From assembly GCA_000004985.1 (NCBI GenBank), contig GG738874.1: 64,000 bases of DNA; one strand, 5' to 3'. Below, in pieces: positions 44,319-53,301 of the stretch. Every line of letters begins with the position of its first letter. Position 1 is the first letter of the stretch. Below the pieces are notes generated by a model, which was given only the letters and a program-made list of their open reading frames with translations, was not told the origin of the DNA and did no database searches. Source of the DNA: Naegleria gruberi. Its lineage: Eukaryota. A program made the position numbers and the translations under genes.

Positions 44319-45111
44319 ATTGTTGGGTCGTATTGTTCTACGAACACATTTTGAATGAATTGTGTGCAATAAGCACTTTTTCCTACACCACCAGAGCCAA
44401 CAATAGAAAATCTGTATTCATCCAATCTTCCACACATTCTTACTAGTTCATGAATAGGTTCGTCTACATTAATCCTTTGTTTGGCACTTGTTTCAAAATA
44501 AGGAATGCCCAAACGAAGTGCAACTTCCTTAACTTGTTGTTTTGACACTATTCTCTCCTCTTCCAAATCACTCTTGTTTGCAATAAGTACACAAGGAAAT
44601 GAATCAACATCCTTTGTCCTCAAAATTTGTTCCCAAATAGTTTGACAATCTTCCAACGAACTTGAATCTGTTATCGAAAAAACAATAAGAAAACCATATG
44701 ATGTTCTATAGTATTGATCTCTCAAACTACTATATTCTATTGTTGAGTGAGTGCAAAGAGGTTAGCACACTTGTTAATAATGAGAGACAACAAAAACCAA
44801 CCTTCTTGTCCAGCAGTATCGAGTAAATCAATTAAAGCTACATGATCGGAGCCTCCAGTAGTATTACTTTCACCACCAACAGAAGAATATCCAAGCTGTT
44901 TTCTTCTAGAATGTGTGTATGCCTTCTTTAATGAGTGAGACTCTTCCAATAATCGGAGAGGAAAGAAATCATATTCTTCATCCTCTTGTTGGTCAGTCTT
45001 CTTCTTGTTGTGATACAATGTTTTGGTAGCCAATTGTAGAGACATTTTCTTTAAACTTTTTAATAAATTAAAATAATGATGATTAACATAAACATGATGG
45101 TTGTTGTACAA
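44319..45111 (-). CDS. Ras-family small GTPase with a permuted motif order (G3-G4-G5 followed by G1-switch I); exons ..44802 and 44736..44319
   Basis: Exon 1 (the ATG at 45045 or 45111 is ambiguous) reads 'MSLQLATKTLYHNKKK..EEYDFFPLRLLEESHSLKKAYTHSRRKQ...ALIDLLDTAGQE' and has no P-loop. A phase-1 donor lies at 44801 and an acceptor at 44737. Exon 2 reads 'EYSSLRDQYYRTSYGFLIVF...LIANKSDL...FETSAKQRINVDEPIHELVRMC' and then 'GRLDEYRFSIVGSGGVGKSAYCTQFIQNVFVEQYDPT', ending at a GTAAGT donor at 44318. Confidence 0.7.
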
Positions 45112-45353
45112 TATCTAACAACGGGTAAAACTGAGAACTATGGTTCCATCATGTTCTAATGTAACTCTGAACAATATTTTGAAAAGTCACTATGATGAGA
45201 AGAGATATTTTATTTTTTAAAATTCTTAAAATAATTTTTAATAATTTTTAAAAAGCAAAATAATTTGTGTGAATAGGCAGAAATGAAACTACCGTTACAA
45301 ACAATACCATCTATTATTATCAACTAACTGAAAAAATATTCCTCACATCAAGA

Positions 45354-46335
45354 ATGCTAACACGAAGCAAGAGAAACAATCTGCAAAACAAGAGGAGACT
45401 CTACTCTGAAGCCATTAAATATTACTCTTCATCCGAAGAATCAGAAGAGGACGATGAAACAGAAAGTGAACAAGAAGATAACCAACCAAATAATGGTGAA
45501 AATGCTCAAGGAGATGATGAATATAATTATTCTTCACCCGAAGAAGAATTCGCATCAGATATTTCCAATGATGATGAAACACCAAATATCAAACACAACA
45601 AAAAGAAGAGAAAACGCAATTCATCACCGGAAGAGGAATCCAGGAATACTTTTGAATCACCAATTATTATTGATGATCAATCCTCTCCTATTGATTTATT
45701 AACACCTCCCACCACAACAACAAATTCAAAATCAAATTCTTCACATCATTTAGGTGATGAAACAATAATTCTCTCCGATTCATCTGAAGTTTCAGTCATT
45801 ATTGATATATCAGATTTTTCTAACAACAATAGTTCGTGCTCATTGAATCAATGTGCAGATGATCATCAACATGGTAATTCACCATCACCACCACTGAATT
45901 ATCCTCCTTCACCACCACATTTTCAAGAGATGATGGCGCAACCAACTTTAAACGAAAAGTTTGCATCATCACCATCAGCAACATGTTTGGAAAATAAAGC
46001 AGCTGAAGGTAGTGAAGATCATGAACCCCCATTGTTGGAGCCAATTGAAGAGTTTCAAGTGAATACTGAACCAGAAAGTCAATTAGAAGATGATAACATT
46101 TCTTTGGACTTTAATATCCTCAAATTGGCAGGTCAAAAGTCTTGTCACTAGCGAACTAAAACAAATTTTAGATCTGGATCCATTGGATAATGGTGAAGAA
46201 TCGAATAATGAAGAAAATGTTGGGAAGTTACTGGCTCATTTTGGGGAAACAGATAGAGAATTTCTTGCACAATATGCTAAACTAGATGACTCTAAGAAAC
46301 AGAAACTCTTAGAATATATTGCAACCCTGCAATAG
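45354..46335 (+). CDS. Acidic low-complexity nuclear protein with SIM-like hydrophobic/acidic clusters; exons 45354..46131 and 46172..46335
   Basis: A 40-nt GT-AG intron (donor 46132, acceptor 46171) joins ORF 45354..46151 to ORF 46090..46335 in frame ('..ILKLAG|DLDPLDNGEE'). The protein has S/E/D-rich stretches and 'IILSDSSEVSVIIDISD'. Confidence 0.4.
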
Positions 46336-46918
46336 CTTAATGATTTAGTGGAGATTGTTATCCTTCAGCTGAATTATCATTTATTGAGAGAATATACCAA
46401 CTCATAATTATTATTATCAAGATTATACTTGAATAGTGTTCAAATAAATTCATTGATGATCTATGAGATTAATGAGTGTGAAATCTTTGAATCACCTTAA
46501 CAAGTGTTGACTATTATGAAAATAGGATGCAAAACTATTGATTTTCACAGTATTTATCAAGATATAATAATTCAATCATTCATCCATATTTAAATATTAA
46601 CAAGTAAAATAAATTAGCACCACCTGCTCAGGCACTATTTAGAAACTTTATAAATTATTGCATTTCTCATTAAATACTGCAATACAATGTGATGAGGGAA
46701 TCTTCAATAGTGCATTTTCAAATAAAATTCAATTCTTCCTGTTATAGTGGATGGGATATCAGTTTTGGATCCACAGGTTTCAACTTTGAAACACTGTTCA
46801 AAATCAAATAGTGATTTCCATTTAAAAATTTGTCAAGTCAAAAAACCGTTACACATCACGTGTCAATTGAGTAAATTGTTCACTATCAATAAACTGTTTC
46901 ATCAAAACAATTAAAAAA

Positions 46919-47780
46919 ATGGGTAAGAAGGATTCGAAAGTGAAAGTAGGTTGATGTAGTAGAAAATGTCAAACTAATCTTTAATTATTCGAATTGTGTA
47001 CTAGGTAGTTGCCGTAGGAGATGGTGCTGTCGGCAAAACATGTTTATTGATGGTTTATGTAGGTGTTATTGTTTTGCACTTTCTTCAATGATTTTATTCG
47101 ATTCTTGTGGAAACTTGTCCGAATACGCCATTTCTATGATGTTGTATTTTAATGTTCGGAATATCACACTTCATCTGTATCATCATAATTTTCCTATTTT
47201 ACCAATAATATTTCATCAAAATTTTGTTTCGAATAACATAGGTAAATAATGAATTTCCAGAAGAATACATTCCAACAGTTTTTGAAAATTACGATACAAA
47301 TGTCAAACACAAGGGAAATAACATAACATTATCTGTTTGGGATACTGTACGTAATATTGTAACAACAACATTATACGAAACATCACATTGATCTATATAT
47401 TCTAAACATTATGAACTATTTAGGCTGGTCAAGAAGATTACGATGAATTGAGACATTTATCATTCACATTTTGTAATTGTTTCCTAGTTTGTTTTGCAGT
47501 TACCAACAAGACCTCATTCAACAATATCAGTACCAAGTGGATACCTGAAATTAAGAATTTTTCAGCAAAAACTCCATTCATTCTCGTTGGAACTAAGGGA
47601 GATATGAGAGGAAAGAATTCAGATGCTGATGTTGTGAGTTATGCGGAGGCTGAAAAGCTAGCTAAGGATATTGGAGCTGTTTGTTATATTGAATCATCTG
47701 CTCGTACAAGAAAGGGTGTTGATGAGGTGTTCCAAAAGGCTATTGATATTAATGTAAAGAAGGGATGCGAAATTATGTAA
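46919..47780 (+). CDS. Rho/Rac-family small GTPase with a C-terminal CAAX box; exons 46919..46945, 47005..47058, 47242..47346 and 47424..47780
   Basis: 'MGKKDSKVK|VVAVGDGAVGKTCLLMVY|VNNEFPEEYIPTVFENYDTNVKHKGNNITLSVWDT|AGQEDYDELRHLSFT...ILVGTKGDMR...ESSARTRKGVDEVF...KKGCEIM*'. All introns are GTAGGT/GTACGT to AG. The G1, G3 and G4 motifs are present and the CAAX box is 'CEIM'. Confidence 0.8.
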
Positions 47781-47824
47781 AATAGAAAATGGATTAAAAA
47801 ATATATGTTTGAATTTAAAAAAGG

Positions 47825-47898
47825 TTACAGCGAGCGGGGCTTGAACCCGCGACCTTAAGCGTGTTAGGCTTACGATCTAACCAACTGATCTATCGCTG
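47825..47898 (-). tRNA. tRNA-Val (anticodon AAC)
   Basis: On the minus strand: 5'-GCAGCGA TA GATC AGTTGGTTA GATC G TAAGC CTAACAC GCTTA AGGTC GCGGG TTCAAGC CCCGC TCGCTGT A-3'. It forms a clean cloverleaf with a 7-bp acceptor stem (one G-U pair), a T-loop TTCAAGC, and AAC as the anticodon at positions 34-36. Confidence 0.85.
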
Positions 47899-48019
47899 CT
47901 TACACTCTTATCATCTAAAATTTTAATACTATTCGTATCCCAATTCCTAAATTAACCAAAAACTGGAAATAGATAAGACCCATAAAACCAAATAAATCCA
48001 GAGCTTATCAAAGAAAAAA

Positions 48020-48922
48020 ATGCTCGATTTCCCAACTGACTCTGAGGACAGAACTTCAACCTACGATGAAAACCTCTCCAAGGCAACTTACTATGCAATG
48101 AAACCAACTCATTCACTCACAAATCAATCGGGAGTAAGGAAAACTCGATTTTCCTTTCGAAAACCCAATTCTCATACCCAACCGGAGGTTGTTGTGAATG
48201 GGGAAATACAACATTCTCATCATTATCAACAATCGAATCAATCGAATCTAAATTATTCGAATTACAACCATCCTTTCGGCGATCAACCAGCAATTCCATA
48301 CGAATCCTCAATGGCTGTTCTTCAGAATACTTCAGATCATCACAATCAACCTCCTATTTATTCAGATAAACCAAGTTTTCGGCTATCAGAAAGTGATGAG
48401 CAACGAAAACTCCAACAAGTTATTCGAAGAAGTTTCGTCCTCGCCATTTTGAGTTGGTTGTTCTGTGGTGGATGTTTCTACAGTTGTCTATGTTTCCTCC
48501 CTCTATATAGAAAGAATTACATCTTTTACAATGTGGAAAATTCATTTCTCGATGATACTTCCAGTGGCTACGGTCTTCGAAAGAATAACAAATCAGTTTC
48601 CAATAATGCAATGTACTATTCGAATCAAGATGAAGAAATCCAACAACAAGCAACAGCCAACGAAGACCAAATCATTGACCAAAACAATAGACAGACCAAT
48701 AATGGTGAATGGAAATATGTCATGAAAAGTTTCAAGGGAAATCGTTTCAGAGATTCTCCCTACAGAAGTATTAAGCATCGAGCTGAGAGTGCTTTTGATT
48801 GTGGATTTTGTGGATGTTTGGCGTTGAATTGTTTGTTGATGTTTTGGGTGGTGGCTTTGGGGAGTAGTGCCCTGATTATTGTCCTGTTGAAATTCTTCTA
48901 TTCTGGTTATAATAAAATGTAA
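48020..48922 (+). CDS. Hypothetical membrane protein (300 aa) with Cys-rich TM segments
   Basis: Single ORF. The hydrophobic segments are 'SFVLAILSWLFCGGCFYSCLCFLPLY' and the C-terminal 'CGFCGCLALNCLLMFWVVALGSSALIIVLL'. The N-terminal half is Q/N/S-rich. Confidence 0.35.
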   Translation: MLDFPTDSEDRTSTYDENLSKATYYAMKPTHSLTNQSGVRKTRFSFRKPNSHTQPEVVVNGEIQHSHHYQQSNQSNLNYSNYNHPFGDQPAIPYESSMAVLQNTSDHHNQPPIYSDKPSFRLSESDEQRKLQQVIRRSFVLAILSWLFCGGCFYSCLCFLPLYRKNYIFYNVENSFLDDTSSGYGLRKNNKSVSNNAMYYSNQDEEIQQQATANEDQIIDQNNRQTNNGEWKYVMKSFKGNRFRDSPYRSIKHRAESAFDCGFCGCLALNCLLMFWVVALGSSALIIVLLKFFYSGYNKM

Positions 48923-49107
48923 AAAGTTGTGTGTGTGAGTTGAATTTCGAATATTGATGAAAATATGAAATTCGAAAGTGTATTGTAAAGTAGGATTCCT
49001 GTTAGAAAGGCAAGGAATTTGATCAATTTCTATTGGATATTGGACATTAAGAAGGAATACGGAGTTAATGATAACCTCCGTGAGCTTTTAGTTTTTTTTA
49101 TCCTAAA

Positions 49108-50373
49108 ATGAAACGTTCAAACAATAACTATTCGAATCATTCACTAAAAAAAATGATCAAACAACAAGCGCTTTTCTTCCTGTCAGTAATCATCCTGGTG
49201 CTGACTTTCATGCAAACAACAAATTGTGAAATCTTTTCAGTGCCATTCAATGTCACAGTTGGATATCCTTTCAAATGGAGAACAGAATCATTCACCGATA
49301 TTGGATATACCTTTCTAACTGAAAAGACATCTGGAGTTGCTGTTTATACAGACCTTTCAGATTCTACTGATTTTAACAGCTATTCGATTCCTTCCAATTT
49401 GAAAGGATATGATTTGTTTGGAGTTTTCCAAATTGACATGCAAAAAGTTATTACTCCACAAGGTGGTGGTGCATCCTTCTCCTTTACACATTTCTTTTCT
49501 TTTGGCATTTTGAATGTGAATCCAAAAGAGTTGTGTCTTGTTGGTGTGGACAAGGACACGAAGAAGTTTCTTCCAATTGACTTTACAACAGATTCAACAC
49601 AATTCACTCAAACAATCACTCTTCCTATCGAAACAAAAGTTTATACAATGGCCATTTTGGGTTTAGAAAGAGAAATTCCTGCATCATTTGGAGTTTCTAC
49701 TTTGGTCAACTATCGTGCCTCTCTCAAATATGAAATTCACAAGGATTTGAATCAATATTTGAGTGCTTTCATTAATAGACCTCTCACATATCCTTCCCAT
49801 GAATATATTGCTCAATTGGTTGACAATCAAATTGCCCTTCCCTCAAATCAATTAATTGAAATTGCTTCCTTCTCATTCAATCCAATGTTTGCTCAAAGTT
49901 ATCAGGGAAGAATGGTCATTAATGATTTCATGTTTAGTTTTGATCTTTCTAAAGGATTTGTCGATAGAAATGGAAAGCAAGTTGAGATTGATTTTGAATC
50001 TCTTCAATGTTTGTACATTGTCGATGAAAAACAAGGTTTCGTCCAAAGACCTCGCTCAGATGTCTTTCCTACTTGGCAAAAACTGGCGTGCTCTCCAGGA
50101 ATTGGACAGAACGACTTTTATCCAAAGTACATGACCATTGTTGCCAATCGTAAATCAGCACCTACACCTGTACCATCCAAAAGTTCAATTCCTCAACCAT
50201 TGGTTTCAAAATCCAGCTCAGAACCAATACATCCTTCATTCTCCAAGGGTGTTTCTGGGTCCACTAATCCACAAAATAGTTTCCATCCTCGAAATAATAA
50301 TCAAGCAAAGACTGTAGTCAATACTGTATTGGTTGCATTGATGATTATTTTGAGTTCCTTATTAGTTGTTTAA
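49108..50373 (+). CDS. Hypothetical secreted/surface protein (signal peptide, Ser/Pro-rich stalk, C-terminal hydrophobic anchor or GPI signal)
   Basis: The N-terminus 'LFFLSVIILVLTFMQTTNC' is a signal peptide. It is followed by a beta-rich ectodomain, a stalk 'SAPTPVPSKSSIPQPLVSKSSSEP' and the terminal 'VVNTVLVALMIILSSLLVV*'. Confidence 0.4.
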   Translation: MKRSNNNYSNHSLKKMIKQQALFFLSVIILVLTFMQTTNCEIFSVPFNVTVGYPFKWRTESFTDIGYTFLTEKTSGVAVYTDLSDSTDFNSYSIPSNLKGYDLFGVFQIDMQKVITPQGGGASFSFTHFFSFGILNVNPKELCLVGVDKDTKKFLPIDFTTDSTQFTQTITLPIETKVYTMAILGLEREIPASFGVSTLVNYRASLKYEIHKDLNQYLSAFINRPLTYPSHEYIAQLVDNQIALPSNQLIEIASFSFNPMFAQSYQGRMVINDFMFSFDLSKGFVDRNGKQVEIDFESLQCLYIVDEKQGFVQRPRSDVFPTWQKLACSPGIGQNDFYPKYMTIVANRKSAPTPVPSKSSIPQPLVSKSSSEPIHPSFSKGVSGSTNPQNSFHPRNNNQAKTVVNTVLVALMIILSSLLVV

Positions 50374-50482
50374 TAAATTAGTAATAAAGGAAATAAAGGA
50401 ATTCATTTTTGAATCAAAAACTTCGTTCGAATTCGAAATTGCTTAACTAAGTATAATAAACCAATTTTGCCATCCAATTTAA

Positions 50483-52600
50483 CTATTCCATGGCACTTGC
50501 TAACTTTTTCAAATCTGTCCAATCTTGCTCGGATAAACACTCACATCCAGGATAATTCTTCCATTTTTCAATATTGTCAAAAACTTTAGAATTTCTTTCA
50601 ATAGCTCTCCTCAGTAGATCCTTATTGAGAAACACTTGATAACCTGGATGACACAAATTATCTACAAAATTATCTGGTGAACTATCCCACAAATGCTCAC
50701 TGAATGCTTGACATGCTGTAATTTCCTTGATTGGAACACCCATTTCCATTGCCAGATCAATCACTTGTCTATTTTCTCTAAATGTCTGTCCAAAATACTT
50801 GTAGCAAACTTTGTTTTTCCTAATGCATTTCATGACAAAGTCTATTGGAAGATACTTATAGTATGATTGTGGATGGTAACGACTGTCCATTAACCAATCA
50901 CAGAAATCCCTATTATTTAGTAACAGGTCGTGATGTATGTAAGCGAGTGGTGTCAGTCCATGCCATTTGACTGCTTGTTTCATAAGGTCAATATCAAATG
51001 GGAATGCTTTACAAACAGCATAACAAATTGAATTACTTTCTTTCCTATAGTGATATGAAGGTGTTGTCAATATATGGGTCATTATTTCTCTATCTGAGTA
51101 ACAAGCAGAAGGAAGTTTTTCAAAATGAATATTAACCCCAATTTTAAAAAGCAGTAGCTTAACAAGAGATGCCTCTTTCCTTAGCTCATCTGATAGCTTA
51201 TAATAAAAAGAATAATTCTTACATATAAATAGTGAAGCAAATTGTAGATCGGTAATAAGTGGTGCTGCTCTGCAAAGTTCTTGGAAGTTAAAAGAGGCGA
51301 TATTGAACTCTATTTCATTCTTTAGAAACTTGTAAAATCTTATAATGGAAAATGGGTAGACTGAAATAATTTGTTTCATCAAGAGTTCTGATGATAGATT
51401 ATTCTCATCATCAACTGGAATACCGTTAGTGACAAGATATTCTTTCAATATTTCTTGGTCATTTAACAAAGCCTCTCCAATGCTAAGAATGGAAATCATT
51501 CTCTTTCTATTACTGTGTAATTGAAAATATCTCAGTACAAAATTCTTATCATTTCTCAATTCTTCTTTACATGTAATGAGACCATTTGAATGGTTTTTTA
51601 AAATGTACTTTTCTTCCTCTGTTTCCATTGAAAGATTTTCCAAATGAGGATATTTCGATTTTGTTAATTGGAGCAAATGATCTTTACAAGCACGATATTT
51701 TTCACAACATCCAATGGAAATAAATTTCAGAGCTACATTTGGATTTTCAATTGAATTAAAAAGATTGGTATGATTTCTCAAAAGGATACTTTCTTGAATT
51801 TGGAACGGAGACTTTTCAATAATTATTTTGAAATTGTTGCAAATTGAGTCAATTCTAAATTCAAGACCTCTCTCTTCCAATAAATGATAAAATTTGAGAA
51901 CCATTAGTGGTCTATTCTTCAAAATCTCTTCAATCAATTCAAAAGTATTCAATGAATCAAATCTTTCATGTCTCCACTCTTTTTCAGACATCATTCCTCT
52001 TCTCAATACTTGTGAATCGGATAATAAAGACTCTCCCACATAGTGCAGTGTGTTAAATCTTCTTCCCAACACTTTCATTACAAATTCCTTATCATTTCTC
52101 AAGTCTGAGCTGGCAAATTGTAAAGCCAATGGATTGTGTTTACATGCATCAAGAACAATCTCTCTATCATTTCTAAAATTAGTAGCTAATTGTAATGCTA
52201 AAATGTCCTTCTTGACTAATTCTGAAACTACATGTCTTATTTGGAATAATTTCTCTGGTAGTGCATTTAATGAATAATATTTAAAGTTAAACAATTGTTT
52301 GGTCAACTCGGGAGATTTTGCAAGAGCAGAAACCAAATTCACCCAATCCATTTTCGGATGAGAGCCAATAACAAACAACAAGCTCGGTTGATTTTCATAA
52401 TCTCTAAATAAATTATTAATATGATAATACATAGATTTGTAATTATTTTCAGTAAGAATTCTAACAATTTTGTCAAGTTTCTCCATTCTTTCCCAAATAG
52501 ATTCTGCTTTGTCTTTCCTTTTGACCTTTCTTTGATTCATCTTTTTATAACTCTTCAAGAATGGATATTTAAACTTGTGTAATTTGCTTGATACTATCAA
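50483..52600 (-). CDS. DUF4116-repeat protein (705 aa); a possible extra 5' exon lies in 52569..52805
   Basis: Recurrent roughly 30-aa repeats of the form 'ALQFASSDLRNDKEFVMKVL', 'ALKFISIGCCEKY', 'FVLRYFQLHS' and 'DLQFASLFICKNYSFYYKLSDELRKEASLVKLLL' match the DUF4116 repeat pattern (..L.fAS..LrnD.e.vl.av). Confidence 0.6.
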   Translation of the reverse strand: MIVSSKLHKFKYPFLKSYKKMNQRKVKRKDKAESIWERMEKLDKIVRILTENNYKSMYYHINNLFRDYENQPSLLFVIGSHPKMDWVNLVSALAKSPELTKQLFNFKYYSLNALPEKLFQIRHVVSELVKKDILALQLATNFRNDREIVLDACKHNPLALQFASSDLRNDKEFVMKVLGRRFNTLHYVGESLLSDSQVLRRGMMSEKEWRHERFDSLNTFELIEEILKNRPLMVLKFYHLLEERGLEFRIDSICNNFKIIIEKSPFQIQESILLRNHTNLFNSIENPNVALKFISIGCCEKYRACKDHLLQLTKSKYPHLENLSMETEEEKYILKNHSNGLITCKEELRNDKNFVLRYFQLHSNRKRMISILSIGEALLNDQEILKEYLVTNGIPVDDENNLSSELLMKQIISVYPFSIIRFYKFLKNEIEFNIASFNFQELCRAAPLITDLQFASLFICKNYSFYYKLSDELRKEASLVKLLLFKIGVNIHFEKLPSACYSDREIMTHILTTPSYHYRKESNSICYAVCKAFPFDIDLMKQAVKWHGLTPLAYIHHDLLLNNRDFCDWLMDSRYHPQSYYKYLPIDFVMKCIRKNKVCYKYFGQTFRENRQVIDLAMEMGVPIKEITACQAFSEHLWDSSPDNFVDNLCHPGYQVFLNKDLLRRAIERNSKVFDNIEKWKNYPGCECLSEQDWTDLKKLASAME

Positions 52601-52929
52601 AGGGAAGAAAATGTCCTCGGAAGATCAACTCTACTGATTTGTAACATTCTACAAAGGATTCGTTTAATTTCAAACGATTCTTACTCTCTTCACGAATAAT
52701 TTTCACAAATTGTTGATAATTACAATTATTGGAATAAAATTCAGCTCTTAAAGTTGCATCTCTGTTGTTGGCAACATCTAAAAGCAGCGTAACTTGTGAT
52801 GACATTTTTTATTCTAGTGGTGCAAACAGGAATTTGTGTTGGAGCAGTTTGACTGGCTTGTGCTCTCTCATAAGATGATTCCATTGAACTATAATCTTTT
52901 TACCACAACATACAGTTTAGTAAAAATTT

Positions 52930-53010
52930 CGCGGTCTACAGGATTCGAACCTGTGCGGGTCGCCCCAATTGATTTCTAGTCAATCACCTTAACCACTCGG
53001 TCAAGACCGC
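52930..53010 (-). tRNA. tRNA-Ser (anticodon AGA)
   Basis: On the minus strand: 5'-GCGGTCT TG ACCG AGTGGTTAAGGTG ATTGA CTAGAAA TCAAT TGGGGCGACCCGCAC AGGTTCGAATCCTGT AGACCGC G-3'. It has a 7-bp acceptor stem, a long Ser-type variable arm and the anticodon AGA. Confidence 0.85.
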
Positions 53011-53104
53011 TTCTCGCTTACTTTGGTTAAGGTAACGGTACAATCAATTTTTACTTTATAAGAATATGCATATTGCAAGCAAACATGAAAATTAAAATTT
53101 CAGA

Positions 53105-53186
53105 CGCAGACTGCAGGATTCGAACCTACGAAGGTTTCCCCAACAGATTTCAAGTCTGTCGCCTTAACCACTCGGCCAAGTCTGCT
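53105..53186 (-). tRNA. tRNA-Ser (anticodon UGA)
   Basis: On the minus strand: 5'-GCAGACT TG GCCG AGTGGTTAAGGCG ACAGA CTTGAAA TCTGT TGGGGAAACCTTCGT AGGTTCGAATCCT GCAGTCTGC-3'. It has the same Ser-type architecture as the tRNA about 95 nt upstream, with anticodon TGA. Confidence 0.85.
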
Positions 53187-53301
53187 ACATCATGAATGTT
53201 TAGTAAGGCATTGGTATGGAAAAAGGTAATTCTTCATGTTCTTTTAAATTGGTGTTGTAATTTCAAATCATTTCATGAAAACTTCAGTTTATTCCAATAT
53301 C

